Assembly: GCA_027592035.1 (NCBI GenBank)
Contig: JAQCIK010000004.1
Location: forward strand, 46,509 to 110,508
Reading direction: 5' to 3'
From: Actinomycetota bacterium
GTDB taxonomy: Bacteria; Actinomycetota; Acidimicrobiia; Acidimicrobiales; Ilumatobacteraceae
Length of the DNA: 64,000 bases
Shown: one piece after another, positions 47,774 to 56,487 of the stretch
Layout of the letters: each line of letters starts with the position of its first letter
Numbering within the stretch: the first letter of the stretch is position 1
Notes under the pieces: model-generated
What the model saw: the letters and a program-made list of their open reading frames with translations, nothing else
Databases searched by the model: none
What the model was told of the DNA's origin: nothing
Position numbers and translations under genes: made by a program

Positions 47774-48979
47774 ATGGAGTTTCGCCGGATCACCAATCTG
47801 CCGCCGTACGTCTTCACGATCATCAACAATTTGAAGATCGAGGCCCGGCGGAACGGAGCCGATGTGATCGATCTCGGATTCGGCAACCCCGACATTCCTT
47901 CCCCGTCGATCGCGGTCGAGAAGCTCGGGGAGTCGGCGCGCATCGCCCGGAACCACCGCTACTCGATGTCACGAGGTCTGCCCAAGTTGCGCGAGGCGAT
48001 CGCCGATCTCTACAAGCGCAAGTGGAACGTCGATCTCGATGTCGAAACCGAAATCACCAACACGATCGGATCCAAGGAAGGCTTCAGCCACTTGATGTGG
48101 GTTCTTCTCGATCGTGGCGACGCCGCCATCGTCCCGAGCCCGAGCTACCCGATTCACATCTACGGCCCGTTGTTCGCCGGAGCCGATCTGCGTCAGGTGC
48201 CGATGCGCAGTCTGTCCGACCCGCGGGTACAAACCGATTTCGAAGGCGACTTCTTCGACAATCTGACGACGGCCTACGAGGTGGGTTGGCCGAAGCCGCG
48301 TGTCCTCGTGATCTCGTTCCCGCACAACCCGACTGGCTCGTGCGTCGATCTACCGTTCATGCAGCGCGTGGTCGATTTCTGCCGAGAGCGCGACATGATC
48401 GTCGTCCACGATTTCGCGTACGCCGACGTCGGATTCGGGGGCTATCAGCCGCCGTCGATCCTGCAGGCCGAAGGGGCCAAGGAGTGTGCCGTCGAGTTGT
48501 ACTCGATGACGAAGTCCTTCTCGATGGCTGGATGGAGAGTTGCATTCCTCCTCGGTAACGCCGATGTCGTCCAAGCCCTCGTCAAACTGAAGAGCTACCT
48601 CGACTACGGAACCTTCCAGCCCATTCAGATCGCAGCGACGGTGACGATGAACGAGGCGGCCGATTATCCGGCCGAGGTGTGCTCGATCTACGAGAGTCGT
48701 CGTGATGCTCTCATCGACGGACTGGCGCGTATCGGGTGGGAGATCCCCAAACCTCAGGGCTCGATGTTCGTCTGGGCGCCGATTCCCGAGCCGTACGCCG
48801 ACATGTCGTCAGTCGAGTTCTGTTCGCATCTGGTGCGCGAGAGCGAGGTCGCGCTGTCGCCCGGAATCGGTTTCGGGCCGGGTGGAGAGGGATTCGCCCG
48901 GTTCGCTCTCATCGAGAACGAACAGCGCATCGCCCAGGCCGTCCGCAATCTCAAGAAGGGCCTGCCCAAACTCGGGTAG
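47774..48979 (+). CDS. Class I/II pyridoxal-phosphate aminotransferase (AlaT/AspC-like)
   Basis: MEFRRITNLPPYVFTIINNLKIEARRNGADVIDLGFGNPD...YSMTKSFSMAGWRVAF (PLP lysine motif). The track ORF from 47543 is an over-extension. Confidence 0.9.
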   Translation: MEFRRITNLPPYVFTIINNLKIEARRNGADVIDLGFGNPDIPSPSIAVEKLGESARIARNHRYSMSRGLPKLREAIADLYKRKWNVDLDVETEITNTIGSKEGFSHLMWVLLDRGDAAIVPSPSYPIHIYGPLFAGADLRQVPMRSLSDPRVQTDFEGDFFDNLTTAYEVGWPKPRVLVISFPHNPTGSCVDLPFMQRVVDFCRERDMIVVHDFAYADVGFGGYQPPSILQAEGAKECAVELYSMTKSFSMAGWRVAFLLGNADVVQALVKLKSYLDYGTFQPIQIAATVTMNEAADYPAEVCSIYESRRDALIDGLARIGWEIPKPQGSMFVWAPIPEPYADMSSVEFCSHLVRESEVALSPGIGFGPGGEGFARFALIENEQRIAQAVRNLKKGLPKLG

Positions 48980-49015
48980 GGGAACCCGACGTGGCCAGCT
49001 CGTGAGAACCTCGTC

Positions 49016-49648
49016 ATGAGCACGTCGTCGTTCATCGTTCGACTGTGGCTCCCCGACCGTCCGGGAACGCTCGGACGAGTGGCGGCGGCCATCGGACGTG
49101 CCGATGCCGACGTGATCGGCATCGAGATCCTGGAGCGTGGTGCCGGCACGGCCATCGACGAGGTGACCGTCCAGTTCGGTGACGACACGACGATCGAACG
49201 GATCGTGTCGGAATTGGCGTCGGTCGAAGGAGTGGCCGTCGAGGACGCTCACGAGGTCGAACCCGGTCGTCCTGATCCGGGCGTTCTGGCCCTCGAGGTG
49301 GTGTCGGGGGTGGTGTCGGCCGGTCCCCGCCGTCTCGAGGTGTTGTGTCGAGGAGTACGCGATCTGCTCGAGGCCGACTGGGTGGCGGTGATCGACGTCG
49401 AGGCCGGAGAGATCGCGTCACACGACGGCAGTGTTCCCGATCCGGCTTGGCTCACGGCCTTCGTGGCCGGAACCGTTCACCTGCCTGCAACCTCGGAACT
49501 CACCCCGTCCGATGTCGCGTGGGCACCGGTGACCGGAACAGGAAGTGTGCTGGCGGCCGAACGGTCGGGTCGGGCGTTTCGAGCTCGCGAACGGCAGCAG
49601 ATCGAACGCATCGGTCGAGTGGTCGGGGCGCTTCAGTCGCCGTCGTGA
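49016..49648 (+). CDS. ACT domain protein with a GAF-like C-terminal half
   Basis: FIVRLWLPDRPGTLGRVAAAIGRADADVIGIEIL is an ACT-type beta-alpha-beta. The C-terminal half is unassigned (GAF-like by eye). Confidence 0.55.
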   Translation: MSTSSFIVRLWLPDRPGTLGRVAAAIGRADADVIGIEILERGAGTAIDEVTVQFGDDTTIERIVSELASVEGVAVEDAHEVEPGRPDPGVLALEVVSGVVSAGPRRLEVLCRGVRDLLEADWVAVIDVEAGEIASHDGSVPDPAWLTAFVAGTVHLPATSELTPSDVAWAPVTGTGSVLAAERSGRAFRARERQQIERIGRVVGALQSPS

Positions 49649-51135
49649 GCCCAACGTAGCGAGCGTTCGACCGCTCGTTTCCAGGTCGCGTAGTGGGCTT
49701 CGGCCAGTACCCGTTCGAGTGAATCCGGCGCGTGAGGCGTGACGACGGCATCAGTCGTCCAACGAGATTCGATGGCGGCCAGATCGGGCCAGATTCCCTC
49801 GGCGAGTCCGGCCAGAAAGGCCGCTCCGAGAGACGTCGTTTCTTGGTCGACGGGTCGCCGGACGGGAATGCCGAGTTGATCGGCTTGGAGCTGCAGGAGG
49901 AGATCCATCACCGACGCTCCACCGTCGACGCGCAATTCGGCGAGTGGCACTCCACTGGCCGCAACCATCGCCTCGACGGCGTCGCGGGTTTGAAGGGCCA
50001 TGGAGTCGATCACCGCTCGGGCGAGATGAGCGCGAGTGGTTCCGCGCGTGATGCCGAGAACCGTTCCCCGGGCGTACGGGTCCCACCACGGGCTGCCGAG
50101 GCCGGTGAAGGCCGGAACGATCACGACGCCACCGGAATCATCGACGGTTTCGGCGAGCGGACCGATCTCCGACGACGACTCGATGATTCCGAGTCCGTCC
50201 CGCAACCATTGGACAGCTGCGCCAGTGACGAAGATCGCTCCTTCGAGCGCGTACGTCGTGGTGGTCGCTCCGTCGGGGCCGCGCAATGTCCAGGCGACAG
50301 TCGTGAGCAGACCCTCGCACGGGGACGGGCAAGTCTCACCCACGTTCATGAGGACGAAACTTCCGGTGCCGTAGGTGTTCTTGGCCATTCCGGGACGCAG
50401 ACAGGCTTGACCGAAAAGTGCGCTTTGTTGGTCTCCGGCCACACCGGATATCGGAATGCCCGTCGGAATCTCGTGACATGCGGTCAGGCCCCATCGTTCG
50501 CTCGAGGCGCGGACTTCGGGTAGCGACGATCGTGGAACTCCGAGAACATCGCACATTTCGTCGCTCCACGACATGGACGTGATGTCGAAGAGCATCGTGC
50601 GACTCGCGTTCGACGGATCGGTGGCGAATACTTCACCTTTCGTCAACTTCCAGACGAGCCACGTGTCGATGGTTCCGAAGACCACGTCGGTGCGATCGTC
50701 GACAGCGTTGTCGAGCAACCACTTCATCTTGGTTCCCGAGAAATAGGGGTCGAGGACGAGTCCGGTCGTGCGTCGAACCGTGGGGAGATGACCGGCCTCG
50801 GCGAGTCGTCCGCACTCGTCGGCGGTACGTCGGTCCTGCCAGACGATGGCGCGTCCGTAGGGGCGTCCGTTGGCGCGATTCCAGGCGACGACCGTCTCGC
50901 GTTGGTTGGTGATACCGATGGCACTCGGCACACCGAGTCGGTCGATCACCTCGCGCATCGTCGTCGCCAACGATGTCCAGATCTCTTCGGCGTCATGTTC
51001 GACCCAGCCAGGACGAGGGAAGTGCTGAGTGAATTCGCGGTACGAGGTGTGACCGGCACGGCCGTCGGCGAACACCGCCCGACTGCGAACGCCGGTCGTT
51101 CCGGCATCGATCGCGAGGACGTAGTCGTCGGACAC
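49633..51135 (-). CDS. glpK: Glycerol kinase
   Basis: YVLAIDAGTTGVRSRAV...WVEHDAEEIW...GDQQSALFGQ...GTGSFVLMN. GTG at 51135, 1 nt after the upstream small-gene stop. The track ORF to 51384 is an over-extension. Confidence 0.9.
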   Translation of the reverse strand: MSDDYVLAIDAGTTGVRSRAVFADGRAGHTSYREFTQHFPRPGWVEHDAEEIWTSLATTMREVIDRLGVPSAIGITNQRETVVAWNRANGRPYGRAIVWQDRRTADECGRLAEAGHLPTVRRTTGLVLDPYFSGTKMKWLLDNAVDDRTDVVFGTIDTWLVWKLTKGEVFATDPSNASRTMLFDITSMSWSDEMCDVLGVPRSSLPEVRASSERWGLTACHEIPTGIPISGVAGDQQSALFGQACLRPGMAKNTYGTGSFVLMNVGETCPSPCEGLLTTVAWTLRGPDGATTTTYALEGAIFVTGAAVQWLRDGLGIIESSSEIGPLAETVDDSGGVVIVPAFTGLGSPWWDPYARGTVLGITRGTTRAHLARAVIDSMALQTRDAVEAMVAASGVPLAELRVDGGASVMDLLLQLQADQLGIPVRRPVDQETTSLGAAFLAGLAEGIWPDLAAIESRWTTDAVVTPHAPDSLERVLAEAHYATWKRAVERSLRWAHDGD

Positions 51136-51136
51136 G

Positions 51137-51499
51137 TCAGCGCCGCTTCTTCTTGCGCGATCCGGCCGGACGATGCTGAGAAGGACCAGTCGAGGTGCGA
51201 CTCGTGGGAGCCGGGCGTCGTCGGTTTTCGGTGCGCGGGGTGGAGTCGGTCGTCTCGGCGCGTGAGCGTTGTGTCTCGCGGCGAAGGTCTCGGAACGTCT
51301 TTCGCTGATAACCGAACTTCGCAAGGATGCCGCCGAACCCGAGGTAGAGCGGATACGACGCCGCGAGACCGAGGACGGAAGCACCGGTCACCGTTTCTCG
51401 GAAGAACACTACGAAGGCGACGATCATCACGACGGCATACACGAGCCATTCGCGTGACAGACGCCCCCACGGAACTGCTCGATTCGCATCCCAAGCCAT
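51137..51499 (-). CDS. Hypothetical small membrane protein with a basic C-terminal tail (120 aa)
   Basis: MAWDANRAVPWGRLSREWLVYAVVMIVAFVVFF...VLGLAASYPLYLGFGGILA, then an R/K/T-rich tail. It is the C-terminal part of the 51137..52537 track ORF, whose remainder is antisense to pfkA. Confidence 0.5.
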   Translation of the reverse strand: MAWDANRAVPWGRLSREWLVYAVVMIVAFVVFFRETVTGASVLGLAASYPLYLGFGGILAKFGYQRKTFRDLRRETQRSRAETTDSTPRTENRRRPAPTSRTSTGPSQHRPAGSRKKKRR

Positions 51500-51529
51500 G
51501 GTCCCATTCTTCACCTTTAGGCTGGGCGC

Positions 51530-52564
51530 ATGCGCATCGGGGTCCTGACCGGCGGAGGGGACTGTCCGGGGTTGAACGGTGCCATTCGGGCGATCGTTCG
51601 CAAGGCCGAGTCGGTCCACGACGACGAGATCTACGGGTTCATCGACTCGTGGGACGGTGTGATGGAGCAGCGCTATCTGCGCCTCGACGTCTCGTCGATG
51701 CGAGGTCTTCTGCCGCGAGGGGGCACCGTGCTCGGCACTCGTCGGGGGAGTCCGTACGATCACGACAACGGTCTCGATCGAGTGCGCGATTGTGTCGGTT
51801 CGCTCGGTCTCGATGCGCTCGTGGTGATCGGTGGCAACGGATCGCTCACCGTCGCGTCGATGTTGCACCGAGATCTCGAACTCCCGGTGGTGGGAGTGCC
51901 CAAGACGATCGACAACGACATCGTGGGAACCGATGTGTCGTTCGGATTCCACACTGCCGTGCAGGTCGCAACCGATGCGATCGATCGACTTCACACCACC
52001 GCCGAGAGTCACGATCGGGTCATGGTGGTCGAGGTGATGGGACGTGAGGCCGGCTGGATCGCTGCCTACGCAGGTATCGCTGGTGGCGCGACGGTCGTGC
52101 TGGTTCCCGAGGAACCCTTCGACATCGCCGAGGTGTGTGAGATCGTCGAGCGCCGCCACTATCGAGGGCGATACGCGTCGATCGTGGTGGTCGCCGAGGG
52201 TGCTCGACCGATCGACGGCACGATGGTCGAGCCCGAGTACGCACGAGATCACCTCGGGCGACCTCGCTTGGGTGGAATCTCTGTCAGCATTGCCGGCGAG
52301 ATCGAACGTCGGACCGGGTTCGACGCCCGCGTCGTTCAGATCGGACATGTGCAACGGGGGGGAACCCCGACTGCGTACGACCGGATCCTTGCGACTCGGT
52401 ACGGTCTCGCCGCCGTCGATGCCGTCCACGACGAGGACTGGGGTTGCATGGTCGCGCTCCGCGGAACCGACGTGGTTCGGGTCCCGCTGGCCGATGTAGT
52501 TGGTCGCACTCGCACCGTCGATCTCACTCTTCTCCACGACGTTGCGCGAGTGTTCTACGGCTGA
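51530..52564 (+). CDS. pfkA: 6-phosphofructokinase (ATP- or PPi-dependent, not resolved)
   Basis: MRIGVLTGGGDCPGLN...VVIGGNGSL...VGVPKTIDNDI...MGREAGW...GHVQRGG. Confidence 0.9.
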   Translation: MRIGVLTGGGDCPGLNGAIRAIVRKAESVHDDEIYGFIDSWDGVMEQRYLRLDVSSMRGLLPRGGTVLGTRRGSPYDHDNGLDRVRDCVGSLGLDALVVIGGNGSLTVASMLHRDLELPVVGVPKTIDNDIVGTDVSFGFHTAVQVATDAIDRLHTTAESHDRVMVVEVMGREAGWIAAYAGIAGGATVVLVPEEPFDIAEVCEIVERRHYRGRYASIVVVAEGARPIDGTMVEPEYARDHLGRPRLGGISVSIAGEIERRTGFDARVVQIGHVQRGGTPTAYDRILATRYGLAAVDAVHDEDWGCMVALRGTDVVRVPLADVVGRTRTVDLTLLHDVARVFYG

Positions 52565-52610
52565 CAGCGCGCCGAATCACGATCCGACCGGATCACGGTC
52601 CGTGATTTGC

Positions 52611-53219
52611 TCAGCCCGTCGGGATGACGTAGCCCGGGAAGGCCGGCTGGCTCGATGCGGCACGTCCGGGGTAGTCGTAACCCGTGAGTGGATCGGCGGT
52701 CAGACTGCCGTCACCCCGTGGCCAGTCCTGGGCACGGCCGTCGACCGTGATGTCGATTCGCTCCACGCCATTCACTTCGCCGAGAGAAAAGACGATCTGG
52801 GCGAGGGCTGAGACCAGGTCGTCACCGGTCGATTCGAGAATGTCACTCGACACGTCGACGCGAACCATGTCGGTGGCGATGTAACGAGAATCGAGAAGCA
52901 CGGTGCCGAGGGGGATCGCCGATCCGATACCACCGTTTTGTTCGTCGTCGGTCGGTCCACCGAGAAGGGCTTCCACGACGTCCGCGGGGTCGTTGGAGAT
53001 CTGACGAGCCACCGCAACGAGAAGCGAGCGTCCGGTCTCGTCGGTCCGTTCGAGATAGATACGTCCGGTGCCCGAACTGACGAGTTCGGTCGTGACCTCG
53101 ACCAGTGGACGTTGATCCTCGTCGGCGATGAGGCGTGGGGAGCCATCGGTGCCGAGTCCACACGCACCCGCGAAGGACGTGATGGCGATGGTGAGGCCGA
53201 TTCGTGCTCTGACACCCAT
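52611..53219 (-). CDS. GerMN-domain lipoprotein (short LpqB-like)
   Basis: MGVRARIGLTIAITSFAGAC|G lipobox. GerMN-like region ...LVSALAQIVFSLGEVNGVERIDITVDG. Lies directly after the MtrB-like kinase gene (3-nt gap). Confidence 0.7.
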   Translation of the reverse strand: MGVRARIGLTIAITSFAGACGLGTDGSPRLIADEDQRPLVEVTTELVSSGTGRIYLERTDETGRSLLVAVARQISNDPADVVEALLGGPTDDEQNGGIGSAIPLGTVLLDSRYIATDMVRVDVSSDILESTGDDLVSALAQIVFSLGEVNGVERIDITVDGRAQDWPRGDGSLTADPLTGYDYPGRAASSQPAFPGYVIPTG

Positions 53220-53222
53220 GGC

Positions 53223-54659
53223 TCAGTACCTCTCGACCGAGAGTTCGATGACGAACGACGCGCCTTCGGAGCCGTCGTGGCGGTCCTCGACCCAGACCCG
53301 GCCGCCGTGCAGTTTGACGTGCTCGTCGACGAGGGCGAGACCGAGTCCCGCTCCTTCGGATCCACTGCGACGGCCGGCCGACGCACCGCGTGCGAAGCGC
53401 TCGAACACGAGTGACCTCTCTTCGGGTGGGACCCCCGGGCCGTGGTCGTCGACGGTGATCCAGATGGTTCCGTTGGTCGGATCGTCATCGGGTACGAACA
53501 CCGAAACGTCGAGGTCGGTGCCGGCATGAAGCCGTCCGTTGTCGACGAGGTTCGCGATCACGCGAGCCAGACGGCGTCGGTCGCCGCGAATCACGGCCGT
53601 CTCGGCGTCGGCCGCCACTCGAACGGGCGTCCGTGGCGCACTGCTCACGGCTACGGCGTGTCGCACGAACTCGGCGACGGGAAGGTCTTCCACATGGAGG
53701 CGAATGGCACCGGCATCGAAACGGGAGATCTCGAGAAGGTCTTCGACGAGCCCTTGGAATCTCGCGACATCGGCCACGAGAAGATCGAGAGCGGCCTGGG
53801 CGCGATCGGGCATCTCGTCGCGTCGTGACTTCATCACTTCGACACTGGCGGACAACGTCATGAGTGGTGACCGGAGTTCGTGGCTCACGTCGGACGCGAA
53901 ACGCGCGTCGCGTTCCACTCGCGTCTGCAACGTGGCTGCCATGTCGTTGAACGAGCGTGTGAGCGCGTCGAGATCGGGGTCGTCGGTCGGCTCCAGACGA
54001 GTCTCGAGTCGACCACCGGCGATGGCCTGCGCGGCCTGACTCGCGGCCGTGAGTGGTCGGACGGCGCGTGACGCCGAGATGGCGCCGAGAACCATGCCGA
54101 GAAGAGTGGTGATGGCGGCGGCGAACACGAGCGCGACGCCGACGCTGCGGAGTGTGCTCTCCACGTCATCGAACGAGACGAAATCGAAGTAGGCCCCGTC
54201 GACGTCGGGAAGGGGCACACCCACCGCGACGACGAGTGTCGAACCGACCTGAACGCGCATGATGGCGGGACGACCATCGGTCAACACGGTGTCGAGCAGA
54301 TCGTCCGGGATCTGCGACGACGAGAAGCGGGCATCGGTCGCGGTCCAGGTGCCTCGGAAGTACAGGAGCGGCCGGTCGGCCCCCAATCGATCGAGTACGG
54401 CCTGGACGTTGCTGGGGGTCGATCGCAGATCACTGGTCAGACGGGTGGCGGCGTCGTAGGCCTGGTTCACGGCACTCGACTCGCGCTCGTCGACCAGATT
54501 CGTGCGCGTGAAGCTGTACGTGGCGAGAGCGAGGAAAGCCGACAGAGCGAGGCTGCCGAGGCCGAACGTGGCGAGGATGCGGGTACGGAGACCTACTCCG
54601 AACCTCCGGCGTCTCCTCGTCGTGTCCACCTCAGGCCTGGAGTCGGTAACCGAGTCCAC
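53223..54659 (-). CDS. Sensor histidine kinase (MtrB-like: 2 TM, HAMP, HisKA, HATPase_c)
   Basis: H-box SHELRSPL, N/G boxes NLVDNG...DHGPGV...GAGLGLALV. An alternative GTG start lies at 54629, just after the regulator stop. Confidence 0.85.
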   Translation of the reverse strand: MDSVTDSRPEVDTTRRRRRFGVGLRTRILATFGLGSLALSAFLALATYSFTRTNLVDERESSAVNQAYDAATRLTSDLRSTPSNVQAVLDRLGADRPLLYFRGTWTATDARFSSSQIPDDLLDTVLTDGRPAIMRVQVGSTLVVAVGVPLPDVDGAYFDFVSFDDVESTLRSVGVALVFAAAITTLLGMVLGAISASRAVRPLTAASQAAQAIAGGRLETRLEPTDDPDLDALTRSFNDMAATLQTRVERDARFASDVSHELRSPLMTLSASVEVMKSRRDEMPDRAQAALDLLVADVARFQGLVEDLLEISRFDAGAIRLHVEDLPVAEFVRHAVAVSSAPRTPVRVAADAETAVIRGDRRRLARVIANLVDNGRLHAGTDLDVSVFVPDDDPTNGTIWITVDDHGPGVPPEERSLVFERFARGASAGRRSGSEGAGLGLALVDEHVKLHGGRVWVEDRHDGSEGASFVIELSVERY

Positions 54660-55311
54660 GCACCGTCACGATGTGACGCGGATTGGCCGAGTCGATCTCG
54701 ACCTTGGTGCGCAAGCGTCGGACGTGGACGTCGACGAGTCGGCCGTCCCCGAAGTAGCCATAGCCCCACACCTGATCGAGGAGTTCTTCACGGCTGAAGA
54801 CGCGACCGGGATTCTCGGCGAGTTCGCACAGGAGTCGGAACTCGGTCTTGGTCAGGTGGATCTCCTCGCCGGAGCGCATCACCTTTCCCTCGTCGGGAAC
54901 GATTTCGAGATCGCCGAAGACGAGACGCGGGTGAGCAGGGTTCGCCGGGCGGGCGCGACGCAGAAGCGCGCGGATTCGCGCCGAGAGTTCTTTCGGGGCG
55001 AACGGCTTGGTGAGATAGTCGTCAGCGCCGGCTTCCAGTCCGGCGACGACGTCGTGGGTGTCGGCTCGAGCGGTGACCATCACGATCGGTACGTCGCTCG
55101 AGCGGCGCAACGTCCGGCACAGTTCGAAGCCGTCGATTCCCGGGAGCATGATGTCGATCAGGACGACATCGGCGGGCTGACGCATGAAGATGGTCACGGC
55201 TTCCTCGCCACTGGCCGCTTCGTCGACGAGCCAGCCCTCGTCCTCGAGCGCGAGTTTGACCGCCGTTCGGATACGTTCGTCGTCCTCGACGGCGAGGATT
55301 CGAGTTCCCAC
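54631..55311 (-). CDS. OmpR-family response regulator (MtrA-like)
   Basis: RILAVEDDERI...DVVLIDIMLPGIDG...VMVTA...GADDYLTKPF, plus a winged-helix C-terminus ...VRGLGYRL. Confidence 0.9.
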   Translation of the reverse strand: MGTRILAVEDDERIRTAVKLALEDEGWLVDEAASGEEAVTIFMRQPADVVLIDIMLPGIDGFELCRTLRRSSDVPIVMVTARADTHDVVAGLEAGADDYLTKPFAPKELSARIRALLRRARPANPAHPRLVFGDLEIVPDEGKVMRSGEEIHLTKTEFRLLCELAENPGRVFSREELLDQVWGYGYFGDGRLVDVHVRRLRTKVEIDSANPRHIVTVRGLGYRLQA

Positions 55312-55356
55312 GGCTCCATGTTGCCGGAAAATCGGGTGGTTTCGCGCCTTCGAGGG

Positions 55357-56157
55357 TCAGACGGTGGGTGAGGGGTCGGCGAGCAACTCCACCATCGCCT
55401 GGTGAATCCCGGGTGTCGACGCCAGTATCTGCCCCGTGTGAGCCGGTCCTCCGGTGAAGTCGGTGACGAGGGCCCCCGCTTCCTCGGCGATCAGCGATCC
55501 GGCGGCGACGTCCCACGGTCGGAGGTTCTCCTCGAAGTACGCATCGAGACGTCCGTCGGCCACGAAGCAGAGGTCGGGGGCCGCCGCCCCGAGTCGGCGT
55601 ACGTCGCGCACGTGAGCGATGAGTCCGGCGACGCGTCGTCCTTGGCGAGCGCGTTCTTCGGCGTGATACGAAAAGCCGGTGCCGACGAGCGCGTGTTCGC
55701 TTCGGGACGCCGACGAACACGTCAGTCGACGGCCGCCCAGCCAGGCGCCGAAGCCACGAGCGGCGACGAAGAGTTCGCGGGTGGCCGGCAGGTACACGGC
55801 GCCGGCGATCGAACGTTCCTCGACCGTGGCGGCGATCGAGACCGCGAAGCCAGCGAGACCGTAGAGGAAGTTGGTGGTTCCGTCGATCGGATCGACGACC
55901 CAGACGATTCCTGTCTCACTCTCCCGAGCGCTTCCCTCCTCGGCCATCACGCCGTCGTGCGGGCGGCGTTCGGAGAGATCTCTGACGATGAGTGATTCCG
56001 ATCGCCCGTCCCACAGCGTGACCATGTCGGTCGGGGTCGATTTCGTGTCGGCGTCGACAGGACCCTGCCGACGGCCGACGAGCACCGTGTCACCGGCGCG
56101 CCTCGCAACACTGGCCGCCACGTTCATGAGCGCGACGGCGTCGACGCTCGCGGTCAT
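55357..56157 (-). CDS. Inositol monophosphatase family protein (SuhB/ImpA/CysQ/HisN type)
   Basis: EEGS...WVVDPIDGTTNF...WDVAAG. ATG at 56157 overlaps (ATGA) the stop of the upstream small membrane gene. The track ORF to 57213 is an over-extension antisense to the mannose synthase gene. Confidence 0.85.
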   Translation of the reverse strand: MTASVDAVALMNVAASVARRAGDTVLVGRRQGPVDADTKSTPTDMVTLWDGRSESLIVRDLSERRPHDGVMAEEGSARESETGIVWVVDPIDGTTNFLYGLAGFAVSIAATVEERSIAGAVYLPATRELFVAARGFGAWLGGRRLTCSSASRSEHALVGTGFSYHAEERARQGRRVAGLIAHVRDVRRLGAAAPDLCFVADGRLDAYFEENLRPWDVAAGSLIAEEAGALVTDFTGGPAHTGQILASTPGIHQAMVELLADPSPTV

Positions 56158-56435
56158 GAACGTCCTCGTCGCGGACCGGTGCGATCGTTGATGTCCTTCC
56201 ACTCGCCGAGGGCTCGTAGAACGAGAACGGCGACGATCGCAGTTCCGCCGGCGGCGACGGTCGCGCCCACCAACACGCCGAGACCGCGAGGCCAATCGGC
56301 CGACCCCGAGTACTGAATGTCGACGAGGGCGTACCCGATCACGGCTCCGGCGACACCACCCACGAGGATCGAGACGAACCCGATGGCCCGAGCCAAGGGT
56401 GACGGCAGAGCGGAGAGTGGTCGTTCGTCGTTCAC
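56154..56435 (-). CDS. Hypothetical small membrane protein (93 aa, 2 TM)
   Basis: ARAIGFVSILVGGVAGAVIGYALV and GLGVLVGATVAAGGTAIVAVLVL hydrophobic helices. Translationally coupled to the IMPase gene. Confidence 0.5.
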   Translation of the reverse strand: MNDERPLSALPSPLARAIGFVSILVGGVAGAVIGYALVDIQYSGSADWPRGLGVLVGATVAAGGTAIVAVLVLRALGEWKDINDRTGPRRGRS

Positions 56436-56487
56436 GGTTCGATCGTAGGCTCGTGGCGTGGACGACCGAGATCCGGTGGGGGAGAAG

